DNA of 64,000 nucleotides from Gemmatimonadota bacterium (lineage in GTDB: Bacteria; Gemmatimonadota; Gemmatimonadetes; Gemmatimonadales; GWC2-71-9). A program made the position numbers and the translations under genes. The stretch's first letter is position 1. Each line of letters begins with the position of its first letter. A model generated the notes under the pieces. The model was not told the DNA's origin and made no database searches. It worked only from the letters and a program-made list of their open reading frames with translations. Where the stretch lies: NCBI GenBank assembly GCA_039588295.1, contig JBDHAB010000011.1:13676-77675 (forward strand), written 5' to 3'. Positions 18,939 through 28,283 of this stretch are shown here, piece after piece.

Positions 18939-20189
18939 CTACGTGGCCTCGTCGTCCGCCGCTTTGGCCCTGAGCTGATCGACCCGGTCGTAGAAGAGCA
19001 GGGCAAAGCCCACCATGACGACGGCCGCAAACGCCGCCGGGACGAGCCAGAATTGTCGCCACTGGCCGAGCGTCAGCGCGTCCGCATCGCCCAGGAAGGC
19101 GTTGAAGAGGTTGCCCGCCGCCTGAGCGCCGATCAGCATTCCAAGCCCGTAGGTGACCAGCACCAGCATCCCCTGCGCCTGGCCGCGAATCGCGGGCGTC
19201 GACTTCTTGTCGACGTAAATCTGGCCGGTGACGAAGAAGAAATCGTAGCAGATTCCGTGCAGCATGATGCCTACGATGATCATCCAGAAGACCTCGCTTG
19301 GCGCCGCGAGGGCGAAGAACACGTAGCGCAGAGCCCACGCCCCCATGCCGGCAACGAGCATCCACTTCACGCCAAGGCGGACAAAGAACACCGGCATCAG
19401 GAGCATGAAGATCACCTCGGACATCTGCCCGAGCGTCTGCGTACCGGCGATGTTCTGGAACCCCGTTGCCTCAAGAAAGAGCTGCGTGAAGTTGTAGTAC
19501 GCCGCGAGCGGGATCGAGATGAGCAGCGAGGCGCCGAGGAACACGTAAAACGGTCTGCTGCCCAGTTCCTTCAGCGCGTCGAGTCCGAGGATACTGCGGG
19601 GTGAGACCTTCTCTCCCACAGCCGGAGGCGGCGTGTGTGGCAACGAGAAGGCGTACAGACCCAAAACGACACTCGTCGCCGCCGCCGTGTAGAGTGGCAG
19701 CGGCGTCTGCTCGGGCAGACTCCCGCCCGCCACGAACAGTCTGAGCACCAAGCTGACAAAAAGACCGGCAACGATCCAGCCGATCGTGCCGAACACCCGG
19801 ATGAGCGGAAAGTGCTTTTCCTGGTCGGCGATGTTGTGAAACGCGAGCGAGTTCGCCAAGCCAAGGGTTGGCATGAAGCAGAGGTTGTAGAGCAGAAGCA
19901 GCAGCACGAACACCGCCGGTGCGCCGCTGAATTGCGGGACGGTCAACAACACCAGGCCGCCGAGGATGTGTAACACCCCCAGCACCTTCTCAGTCGAGAA
20001 GTAGCGATCGGCCACCAGCCCCAGAAAGAACGGCGCCACGATAGCCGCGATGGGATTGACTGTGAAGGGCCAGTGCGTCAGGTCGCCCATGCCCTCAGCC
20101 GTCATGTACACGGCGATAGACGTGTACCACGCCCCCCAGACGAAGAACTGGAGGAACATCATGATCCCGAGGCGGGTCTTGGTGCTCAC
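18939..20189 (-). CDS. MFS nucleoside:H+ symporter family (NupG/YegT-like)
   Basis: FLQFFVWGAW, ADRYFSTEK, IRVFGTIGW, GQMSE, LHGICYDFF. Confidence 0.9.
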   Translation of the reverse strand: MSTKTRLGIMMFLQFFVWGAWYTSIAVYMTAEGMGDLTHWPFTVNPIAAIVAPFFLGLVADRYFSTEKVLGVLHILGGLVLLTVPQFSGAPAVFVLLLLLYNLCFMPTLGLANSLAFHNIADQEKHFPLIRVFGTIGWIVAGLFVSLVLRLFVAGGSLPEQTPLPLYTAAATSVVLGLYAFSLPHTPPPAVGEKVSPRSILGLDALKELGSRPFYVFLGASLLISIPLAAYYNFTQLFLEATGFQNIAGTQTLGQMSEVIFMLLMPVFFVRLGVKWMLVAGMGAWALRYVFFALAAPSEVFWMIIVGIMLHGICYDFFFVTGQIYVDKKSTPAIRGQAQGMLVLVTYGLGMLIGAQAAGNLFNAFLGDADALTLGQWRQFWLVPAAFAAVVMVGFALLFYDRVDQLRAKAADDEAT

Positions 20190-20231
20190 GGCGGATCCTC
20201 GGTGGTTGAGAGGTTAAGCGGTTGAGCGGTC

Positions 20232-20272
20232 GGACGGACCGGCGGGAAGAGCTCCCGCCCGCCGGTCTGTCC
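20232..20272. other. GC-rich intergenic hairpin
   Basis: GGACGGACCGGCGGG pairs with CCCGCCGGTCTGTCC between two operon genes; no clear U-tract. Confidence 0.45.
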
Positions 20273-20284
20273 CATCCCGTCCTG

Positions 20285-21877
20285 CTACACGATCGTCCGA
20301 CGTACCGGGTCCCACTCCACCTTGCGACCTTCCTGGAAGGACCTGGTCGCCATGTGGCACGTAATCGCCTCCTCGAACGCCCGCTCGATGTTACAGCTCG
20401 TCACGCCACCGTTGCGGATGACGTCGAGCCACTCCGCGATGAGGAGGTGGTACGCCGATACCCTTCGCCCACCGCGGTAAGTGTACAACAGCCCCCGGCT
20501 TGCGAAATACTCCGCCGTCGCCGACGTGACGGCGTCGATTCCCTTGAAACCGGGTCGATACGTAAACATCGGCCGGGACGGGTCGATGATCTTGTCCTCG
20601 ATCTTCTTCTCGTACCGCGTGGACTCACCATCCGCCGTGACGGACAGACTTCCGCTCACCTTCATGGACGCGTCATGTCCCATGAACGTGAGGCCGCGGT
20701 AATTCCCGTTCGCGAGCGTGGCGCTGTAGACAAATGTGAGATCGCGATCGGGGTATTCGTACACGGCCTGGAACACGTCGGGCACGTCGCGACCGTCCTT
20801 GAAGTAGTAGATCCCCCCGGACGCTGTCGCCGATTTGGGAATCCCCAACTGCAGGATCTGGTTGACGCCGTCGTACTCGTGAGACAGCAGATCGCCGGAC
20901 AGTCCCGTCCCGTAGTCAAACCAGCAACGCCAGCGGAAGAAGCGCTCGAGATTGAAGGGCACCCGGTTGGGCGCCGGTCCCTGGAACAAGTCCCAGTCGA
21001 TCGTCTCGGGACTACCCTCCTCGTGGATATCCCAGACCCACGCCCCCCACGGCGTGTTCCGGTTGGTCGTGCCTTCGACCAATGTGATGGGACCAAGGAT
21101 GCCGGCGTCGATGACCTCGCGAGCCTTGTTGTGTGCCTCCGACTGGCGGTTCTGGTGTCCGAGCTGGAACACGATGTCCGAATTCGTCACGGCGTCGTAT
21201 GCGGCGTGGGCCTCCTCTTCGGTCCGCGTCATACATTTCTCGCAGTAGACATGGATGCCCTCGGCTGCCGCGTCAGCGGTCATCCGGGAGTGCCAGTGAT
21301 CGGGTGTCGCGATGATCACCGCGTCCACGTCGCCGCTCTGCAGCAGGTCTTGGTAGTGGCGATACCGCTTCGCGGCAGGAAACGGACCCCCAGCACCAGG
21401 TCGAATCTCCACCTGGGACGCTGCGATCGCCCGTTCCGCACGCACGTCGAACACATCGCACACCGCGGTGAACTGGACGTTCAGGTCCTGCTGGTCCAGG
21501 TACACCTCGAGCGCCTTGTGGCGCGGATCGTCTGCGACGTTCTGACGCTGTTCCTCGATCCAGTCGGGGTGCGCAAACCCGGCGTGCCGGACGAGCGCCT
21601 CACCTTCCCCGCCATACCCAATGATCCCGAGGCGAACGCGTTCGCCCGGTGGCCTTGAGATCGCATCCGGAATAACGGCGGGGCCGGTTTCACTCACACC
21701 GAGCTCGGACAGGATCTCTCGCTTCTTGAGATCGTCCGCCGCCTTCTTCTTGAAGAAACTGTAGAAGAAGGCTCCAAAGACGGGGATCGACACCAACAGC
21801 TCGAGAAACCCGCGCCGGCCGATACCGCCGCTGACCTCGCGACCCTCGACGCTCCGATTCTTAGTCTCGTCACTCAT
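20285..21877 (-). CDS. Tat/membrane-anchored Gfo/Idh/MocA oxidoreductase with a flavinylation-like motif
   Basis: GRRGFL followed by a hydrophobic helix; IIGYGGEG, ATPDHWH, YCEK, RWRCWFDYGTG; DAVTSAT near the C-terminus. Confidence 0.88.
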   Translation of the reverse strand: MSDETKNRSVEGREVSGGIGRRGFLELLVSIPVFGAFFYSFFKKKAADDLKKREILSELGVSETGPAVIPDAISRPPGERVRLGIIGYGGEGEALVRHAGFAHPDWIEEQRQNVADDPRHKALEVYLDQQDLNVQFTAVCDVFDVRAERAIAASQVEIRPGAGGPFPAAKRYRHYQDLLQSGDVDAVIIATPDHWHSRMTADAAAEGIHVYCEKCMTRTEEEAHAAYDAVTNSDIVFQLGHQNRQSEAHNKAREVIDAGILGPITLVEGTTNRNTPWGAWVWDIHEEGSPETIDWDLFQGPAPNRVPFNLERFFRWRCWFDYGTGLSGDLLSHEYDGVNQILQLGIPKSATASGGIYYFKDGRDVPDVFQAVYEYPDRDLTFVYSATLANGNYRGLTFMGHDASMKVSGSLSVTADGESTRYEKKIEDKIIDPSRPMFTYRPGFKGIDAVTSATAEYFASRGLLYTYRGGRRVSAYHLLIAEWLDVIRNGGVTSCNIERAFEEAITCHMATRSFQEGRKVEWDPVRRTIV

Positions 21878-21891
21878 CGTTTTCGCTCCCC

Positions 21892-22410
21892 TCAGGCGTG
21901 AGCCTGCTTCAGGGACGTGTTCGAAGGGCTGCGCCACAGGGCAATCAACCGGTCGACTCCAAAGACCTTCCCGGTCGGAAACGCGAGCAGAGCGACCAGC
22001 GCCGCCAGCTCGATCATGATCTTGTTGACGATCAGATAGCTCCCTTCCGCAGGCATAGCGTACTCATAGCCGACAAACGGTGGAGCGGCGATGTAATAGA
22101 GAACCAGCAGCGCCATGCCAGCAACCGTAGCGACGCGCGTCAACGCTCCCAGCATGAGCCCCAGTCCAATGAGGATGAGCCCCCAGATGTTGACGTAGTC
22201 CACCACGGTCAGGAGCGACGGATTCGCGGCCACGCCGAGGAACAGATCTTTGAGCCACCATTGGGACTCCGCGAGATAGCCGGCCGACGTCCAGTACTCG
22301 TTCGTGAGCTTGGCGAGACCCTCGTAGAAGAAATGCCAACCGATGAGGATCCGCAGTGTGACCAGGCCAATTGCCTGGAAGCGGGTGTACTGCCCTGATT
22401 CATGCATCAT
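21892..22410 (-). CDS. DoxX family membrane protein
   Basis: LRILIGWHFFYEGLAK, four TM helices, IVNK, FGVD. Confidence 0.85.
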   Translation of the reverse strand: MMHESGQYTRFQAIGLVTLRILIGWHFFYEGLAKLTNEYWTSAGYLAESQWWLKDLFLGVAANPSLLTVVDYVNIWGLILIGLGLMLGALTRVATVAGMALLVLYYIAAPPFVGYEYAMPAEGSYLIVNKIMIELAALVALLAFPTGKVFGVDRLIALWRSPSNTSLKQAHA

Positions 22411-23450
22411 GCCTCCGCCTCTTCTCCGTTGACGCAGGGCGCACTCCGCCAGCCCCCTGTCCTCCGCTGCGTTCCATCCCTCTCAATGAGCAGACATTCA
22501 CAGCCGGGCAGCGCATCGACGAACGCGATCCCGGCCTTTGGCTCCATCACGAACAACCCAGTCGCCAGTGCGTCAGCGGCCATCGTCGTTGGGGCAACCA
22601 CCGACGCACTTCTGGTGAGGTGGGGAGAGACTCCCGATGTCGAGTTGACAATGTGGTGGAACCGCTCGTCGCGGTCGAAGTAAATCTCGTAGCTGCCCGA
22701 CGTTGCCACCGCCCCGCCGCTAGGATGGATCGTGTCGGGAAACCTGCCGGCCTTTTCGGGGTCTTGCACCGCGACGGTCCACGGGAGCTTCCGCTCCTTG
22801 GTCCCAGCCGCACGGATGTCACCACCCGCATCGATCAAATAGCGTCCGATTCGGTGTCGCTCGAGTTCCCGTGCCATGCAGTCGACGATGTAGCCTTTGG
22901 CGATCCCGTCCAAGGTGACCCGCATACCGGACCTGCGGAACCGGATCTGTCGCTGCGACACCTCGAGATGCTCGATCCCTACGAGTTCCAGCGCCTCCCG
23001 GACTTCGCCTCGCTCCGGCGTCGTGCCGTCGAGCCGGTCCCGGAACAGGTCGATCACGGGTGCGACCGAGATATCGAAGGTCCCGCGTGTCACCTCGTGG
23101 AACTGTTGAGATCGCGAGATGACGTGGGCGAGCTCGGGTGGTGCGCTGTCCAGCCGACCCGCGTGGTTGAGCTGACTCAGCGCCGAGCCGCTCTCGTACC
23201 GACTAAACACGGCGATCAGCCGGTCCATCTCCTCGAGCGCCCGTCCAATAGCCTCCTCCGCCCGCTGCTGCGACCGTGCCAGCGCCGAGACCGACACCAG
23301 GGTGCCCATGGCCAGCTTCGTCCTGGTGACTTTGTGCGTCTTTCGGTCGATACGGAGGGCTTGGGTGGTGACGGGGACACAATCGACGCGCTCGAGGCCC
23401 AGCTGCCGGAGGGCAGACAGCTTTCGGGCAATTCGAGCGGCCTCGTGCAT
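22407..23450 (-). CDS. apbE: FAD:protein FMN transferase
   Basis: AMGT, FDIS, LDGIAKG, DAGGD, ATSGSY, HHI, ADALAT; no N-terminal signal peptide visible. Confidence 0.9.
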   Translation of the reverse strand: MHEAARIARKLSALRQLGLERVDCVPVTTQALRIDRKTHKVTRTKLAMGTLVSVSALARSQQRAEEAIGRALEEMDRLIAVFSRYESGSALSQLNHAGRLDSAPPELAHVISRSQQFHEVTRGTFDISVAPVIDLFRDRLDGTTPERGEVREALELVGIEHLEVSQRQIRFRRSGMRVTLDGIAKGYIVDCMARELERHRIGRYLIDAGGDIRAAGTKERKLPWTVAVQDPEKAGRFPDTIHPSGGAVATSGSYEIYFDRDERFHHIVNSTSGVSPHLTRSASVVAPTTMAADALATGLFVMEPKAGIAFVDALPGCECLLIERDGTQRRTGGWRSAPCVNGEEAEA

Positions 23451-23491
23451 GCGACCTCGGGTTCTCGGCTCGTAGGAGACGAGCGAATATA

Positions 23492-24487
23492 TCAGCCGGT
23501 GGCCAGGGACAGCCAGTTTCGCTGGATTTCGTCCGCCGGCTTACCGATACCCGCGGCCCGATACTCCTCGTCTAGTCGAGTGCGCGCCCGCTCGAGCAGC
23601 GCCAGCGTTGCGCGGATTCCGTCGGGTTCGCTCAGCTGGCTTCCCTCGTACTCGATGCCCACGTAGCCGCGGTACCCGGCATCGAGCACGATCCGAAGCA
23701 TGCGCAAGTAGTCAGTCCGTGTCTCGTTCCCGTGTTCGTCGAACTCGTTCGCCTTGGCACTGACCGCCTTGGCGAACGGCATCAGCTGCGCTACGCCGTC
23801 GTAGCGATCGTACCACTCGCCCTCTCGAATACGGAAGTTGCCGAAATCCGGCAGCGTTCCGCAGCCGGGATGACCCACGGCACGCATCACGCTCGCCAGC
23901 CACGCGCCGTTCGACGACAGGCCTCCGTGGTTCTCCACGATGACGTTGATTCCCCGATCGGTGGCGAACTCGGTGAGTCGCCGAAGGCCATCGGCGGCCA
24001 GCTCCCGCTGTTCCTCCGGTGAGCCCTGCGATTGGGCATTGACGCGAATCGAGTGACAGCCGAGGTGCGTCGCAGCATCGACCCAACGGTGGTGATTCTC
24101 GACCGCCTTCGTGCGTGCGGTGTCGTCAGGATCGCCAATCGCGCCCTCGCCGTCGCACATGATGAGAAGGCTCCGAACACCATGGTCTGCTGCTCTCTGC
24201 CTCAGCTCGTTCAGATAGCCCAGATCCTCCGCCTTGTCCTTGAAAAACGAGTTGACGTACTCGACGGCATCCAGTCCATAGTCCATTCGGGCGGTCGCCG
24301 GGAAATCGAGGTTGTCCAGGTCGCCGGCGTACAAGGTGCGGTGGAGCGACCACTCCGCTAACGAGATTTGAAAGAGAGGGGCGGATGGCCGCACGCGTGA
24401 GAGACGCGAGGGCGAGGCACACGCTGCCGCCGGAAGCGCGGCAAGCGCGGATTTGACGAACACGCGGCGGCTGATGGAGTGTAGCAT
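23492..24487 (-). CDS. Sugar phosphate isomerase/epimerase (xylose-isomerase-like TIM barrel), Tat lipoprotein
   Basis: [39 protein letters not shown]. Confidence 0.88.
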   Translation of the reverse strand: MLHSISRRVFVKSALAALPAAACASPSRLSRVRPSAPLFQISLAEWSLHRTLYAGDLDNLDFPATARMDYGLDAVEYVNSFFKDKAEDLGYLNELRQRAADHGVRSLLIMCDGEGAIGDPDDTARTKAVENHHRWVDAATHLGCHSIRVNAQSQGSPEEQRELAADGLRRLTEFATDRGINVIVENHGGLSSNGAWLASVMRAVGHPGCGTLPDFGNFRIREGEWYDRYDGVAQLMPFAKAVSAKANEFDEHGNETRTDYLRMLRIVLDAGYRGYVGIEYEGSQLSEPDGIRATLALLERARTRLDEEYRAAGIGKPADEIQRNWLSLATG

Positions 24488-24678
24488 GGTTCTCCGACGG
24501 CTGACGTTGGTCTAAGATATGAAGCCCGACACAAGCAGGCCAGATGCGGACGGTTTCGCCCGTCGCTCACATCCTTGCCACCATGGACCCCGGGCGTACC
24601 TTGTACGAGCACACCAATCCCCAGGTGTCCCGCCAACTTCGCTGTCGGTCTTTCCACCGAGCCCTGCGGGGGGGTCGC

Positions 24679-25119
24679 ATGCCTGAGCTCTCGATGGTCT
24701 CCCGAGTGAGTCTCTATGTGCTGGTAGCCTCGATCGGTATCCTTGCCCTCATCATCTGGTCGGTCCAGGTTGGTGTGCTCAACGGCAGGGCATTCAAGAA
24801 CCCAGATGGATCGGTGGACGATTGGCACGAGCAGAAGCTGTTCTACGGGATCTCCTTCGCGGACGTGTTCGTTGCGTGTCCGGCCAGCGTTGCTGGGATC
24901 ATCCTGGTACTTGTGGCTCCGCGGTGGGGATGCTACGTGCTGGCTCTCGTGAGCTTCTGGCTCGTCTGGACAAACATCATGACCACTGCGAGCAGTCTTC
25001 GCTTCGAACAGCCACGGATCACCCTCATGTGGTTCATCGTGTTCCCTCTCGGGGCGCTCGTGGGCCTCGCCTACATTGCGTGGACCATCGTGCACTTCGA
25101 CATCATCTACTCATTGTGA
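24679..25119 (+). CDS. Hypothetical membrane protein (about 4 TM helices)
   Basis: Hydrophobic helices separated by a polar NPDGSVDDWHEQ loop. Confidence 0.7.
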   Translation: MPELSMVSRVSLYVLVASIGILALIIWSVQVGVLNGRAFKNPDGSVDDWHEQKLFYGISFADVFVACPASVAGIILVLVAPRWGCYVLALVSFWLVWTNIMTTASSLRFEQPRITLMWFIVFPLGALVGLAYIAWTIVHFDIIYSL

Positions 25120-25263
25120 ACTTCACGGGTAGCTTACAGTACTGCGCACCTGTCTAGACGGTCTTCATACTCATCTAACGGTACCTTCACGAGGGATGTC
25201 CCTAAGCGTCTGTTCATGCAAGACGCGGTCAACACGCGAACCGAATCTCATGGAGAACCTATC

Positions 25264-25431
25264 GTGGCAACAATAGCTCAAGTCGTCGAGAGGCGTCACA
25301 AACTCATCATCTCGTTGCTCGTGCTCGTGATTCTCGTGATGGTGACGTCCTGTCTATTCCATGACATCATCCCAATCTGTCACTGGCTGTTCGGATGTGA
25401 CCATCAGATGCATGTTGCCGCCGCTCCATAG
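25264..25431 (+). CDS. Small single-TM protein with a Cys/His-rich C-terminus
   Basis: GGAG RBS before GTG 25264; TM helix then CLFHDIIPICHWLFGCDHQMH. Confidence 0.5.
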   Translation: MATIAQVVERRHKLIISLLVLVILVMVTSCLFHDIIPICHWLFGCDHQMHVAAAP

Positions 25432-25645
25432 GCCCGGCGTTGAAAGCGTCGGCGTACGGCTCGATTGGCGGCTCGCCCCGAGGGAAGCCAACTCGCGGAC
25501 GAGAACGCTATGCGGAACTGAGGGGATGTTGAGGCCGGCGTGAGCAGAGGGGCGGGACGTGGAACGCCGTGGACGTCCCGCGCGACTCTTTCGAACAGGA
25601 TCCAGGCGGCGAATACACCTCAAGACGCCGCAGCAGGAGGTAGGC

Positions 25646-25872
25646 ATGGCTGCAGACCGCGTTGGCATCTATGGCACCGACGCGTGTCCGTATACCGCAA
25701 CCGCTCGTAAGGACTGTGCCGAGCGGGGTTTGAGGTCACGTACAACGATGTCTCATCGGGTCCTGCGAAGCTCGATGAGATGCTGGAGCTAGCTCAGGGA
25801 CGGAGAGAGCAGCCGGTTATCGTCGAAGACACACGTGTGACCGTCGGGTTTGGCGGAATCTGAGGAATCTGA
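25646..25872 (+). CDS. UXX-star-type glutaredoxin-like selenoprotein (frameshift near 25728; UGA-Sec at 25861)
   Basis: AGGAGG RBS; IYGTDACPYT; after a -1 shift FEVTYNDV..EMLELAQGRREQPVIVEDTRVTVGFGGI-TGA-GI-TGA. Confidence 0.75.
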
Positions 25873-25893
25873 CTGCGGCCGGTCGGCCGCAAG
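25873..25893 (+). promoter_or_regulatory. Putative bacterial SECIS element
   Basis: Hairpin TGCGGCC-GGTC-GGCCGCA starting 10 nt after the in-frame TGA, with GT in the apical loop. Confidence 0.65.
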
Positions 25894-25930
25894 TGGGGCC
25901 GGGGAATGCCCACGGCATTCCAAGTCGACC

Positions 25931-26734
25931 CTACGGCTCGTAGGTGATCACCAACTGGCCCGGGACCCGTCTGCCAGAGCGAGTGCGAGCGGGATAGAAG
26001 GTCCACGAACGCATGCGCTCGAGCAACGCCTTGCGGAACGCGGAGTCCTCGATCTTCGGCTCGATCTCGACCTTCGTTACCCGACCGAGCGCGTCGACCC
26101 AGAACCGGATATTGAACTGCCGACCCTTAACAGACGCCGGAGGTTCCTCGAAGGGATAGATGATGGCGCGCGGTTCCGGCGCAACAAACACCTCGTCCCC
26201 ACCCCCCGAACCCGGACCGATCCCACTTCCCACCCCGGACCCGCGCCCGGTTCCCACTCCACCACCACTTCCCGACCCGGCACCAGGTCCTCCACCCGTA
26301 CCCAACCCGGGGCCGAGCGTTTCAACGCTCGCGGGACGAGCGGGCTCAGTCGGCAACGCGATCGCGGAAACCAAGGTCGTCGGGTCCGGTTCGGGAATGA
26401 CCAGCTCTTGCATCGGAGGCTCGACTTCAGGTACCGGAACCGTGAGCTCCGGCCGTTGCGCCTCGACGGGCGGCTGCTCCACCTGTGCCAGGGAGGCCGC
26501 CACGGGGGCGGGTGGGAGCTCGATGTAGCGGATCGCCCTCCCCCCGCCCCCTCCGCCACCGCCCCCGACCGGGCCCGGTCCCGTGCCACCACCGACGAGC
26601 TCGTCGAGCACCCCACCCATCGCGATGGCCACCACGGCGAGCGCGTGGACCACGGCGGCCAGGACAACGCCGGTGCCATACCGGCGGTCGGACCGCGGCA
26701 GTCGCCCGGTCGGGTACCGCTTATGTCTTCTCAT
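25931..26734 (-). CDS. TonB-like protein (TM helix, Gly/Pro-rich linker, TonB_C-like domain)
   Basis: LAAVVHAL TM helix, poly-Gly tracts, FWVDALGRV..WTFYPAR. Confidence 0.7.
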   Translation of the reverse strand: MRRHKRYPTGRLPRSDRRYGTGVVLAAVVHALAVVAIAMGGVLDELVGGGTGPGPVGGGGGGGGGRAIRYIELPPAPVAASLAQVEQPPVEAQRPELTVPVPEVEPPMQELVIPEPDPTTLVSAIALPTEPARPASVETLGPGLGTGGGPGAGSGSGGGVGTGRGSGVGSGIGPGSGGGDEVFVAPEPRAIIYPFEEPPASVKGRQFNIRFWVDALGRVTKVEIEPKIEDSAFRKALLERMRSWTFYPARTRSGRRVPGQLVITYEP

Positions 26735-26842
26735 CGTCTCCTATTACCACAACACACCCGGAATGCTCCTGGTTCACCTGGCGAGCCAGGCCGAGAACCA
26801 GTGGGGTACCGAGTAGCCGTGAGCGAGAGTGCCTCTCAGTCC

Positions 26843-27979
26843 CTAGTGGTGCTGGATCTGCTCGCGGATACGTCGGAACACGGCAGGATCCAGATCGTAC
26901 ACTCGCTCGAATGCGGCGACGGTCGCGCTCTCTTCCGCGCCGACCGCGTCGAGAAACACCCGCCGGTAGCGTGCGACCTGCGCAGGTGCATAGAACTCAA
27001 GGAGCAGCGCACCGCAACGGACCGCGGCTCTCCTCCGCAGATCCTCTCGCTCGTCGACGGTCGCGGCTTCCTCCTCACCCGGCAACGCATCGTCGAGAAG
27101 GAGGAAGCACAGCTCCTTCACGAAGGCAAACACGGCTGCATCCGGTCCCGTTGCAGACAACGGTTCCTGGACCGCAACCACCTGGTCGCTCGGATCCAGT
27201 GCCGCGACATCCACGATCCGGCCCTCGGGCCCGAGCGCCGGGGACGGCATCACGATCCCCGCCGTCAGTCGACGACGCTCGAGGTAGTCCGCAAGCTGCG
27301 GCGCAACGGCCGAATCCCACATCTCCTGCATGGCATCCGACCGGGCTTCCGCCTCCGCCTGCCGCTCCTCCCAGTAGTCCCGGTAGAACACCTCCCACTC
27401 GCGCTCCATCACGTCAACCAAGGCCTCCAGCAGCCGGCGTTCGCTTCCCTTCTGCAGGGTCTGACCGACCACGAACGCGCCAAACTGCACTTCTCGTGCA
27501 GCCAACTGCTCGTCCCCGGTGCGACGCTTGGCCACCGCTCGCAGGGCACCCAGCATCTGCTCCGGCCCTGCCCTGGGGAAATACAGCGGTACGAAGTGGA
27601 GCGTCTCGAGGTTCCTTCCGTCACCGATGTCCGCTCTCAGCTTCGGGGCCAGCGAGTCCAAGGTAGTCGGGTAGACTCCACGCTCCTGTTTGACTTCGCG
27701 AATGTGCCGGGCGTAGTCGGCGCTATACAGGCCGAGCGGACCAGGTTGATCGGCCGCAATGACCGCCATCGCGTGGAACCAGAGGTTGGTCTGCGCCGCC
27801 GCCTGAAGCCGCCATCCGCCGTCCGGGTCCACGGTCGGTGCGGCGGGCACTTGGGGGGTTCTCGGCCTGCGTTGGGCCGTGACCGAACCGGGCCACATGC
27901 TTACCAGAACCATCCCGAGCGCGACCGCGACCGCAGCCCGTCGGAGAATACGACTCCCTCTGTGTTGCTTTGTGTTCAC
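26843..27979 (-). CDS. Hypothetical secreted protein
   Basis: Long ORF with a signal peptide ending near VTAQ and a helical, charged sequence; no family recognised. Confidence 0.7.
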   Translation of the reverse strand: MNTKQHRGSRILRRAAVAVALGMVLVSMWPGSVTAQRRPRTPQVPAAPTVDPDGGWRLQAAAQTNLWFHAMAVIAADQPGPLGLYSADYARHIREVKQERGVYPTTLDSLAPKLRADIGDGRNLETLHFVPLYFPRAGPEQMLGALRAVAKRRTGDEQLAAREVQFGAFVVGQTLQKGSERRLLEALVDVMEREWEVFYRDYWEERQAEAEARSDAMQEMWDSAVAPQLADYLERRRLTAGIVMPSPALGPEGRIVDVAALDPSDQVVAVQEPLSATGPDAAVFAFVKELCFLLLDDALPGEEEAATVDEREDLRRRAAVRCGALLLEFYAPAQVARYRRVFLDAVGAEESATVAAFERVYDLDPAVFRRIREQIQHH

Positions 27980-28283
27980 GGGTGCCTTCTACGAGTTCGG
28001 TGGTCGTCTCAATTCGCTCACGGATGGTGGAACCCGCCCGTCGGATCATGGTTCCGCAGTGTTGATGAAGTGGGAACCCGCCCGCCTAGGCGCGAGCCCT
28101 ACTGCGACCGCCAGCGGGCGAGACGAGCGTCAGCTCTTCTCGGCAGCCTTCAACAGTCTCTCGACGAGTCGTTCCTGGGTCTAGGGATGTTCGCACCGAT
28201 GGACCAGGCGTCGACCTAGCGTGGTGGGGCGGTACCCCGCCCACGCCGGCGAATGTCGCGCCCGCGACGGGAATCGCGCGACT

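Noticed and set aside
26200..26600. Repetitive DNA in the TonB-like gene
   Set aside because: Explained by Gly/Pro-rich coding sequence; not a CRISPR array or mobile repeat.
25850..28219. 789-aa plus-strand ORF
   Set aside because: Arg-rich shadow of two minus-strand genes in GC-rich DNA; no recognisable motifs.
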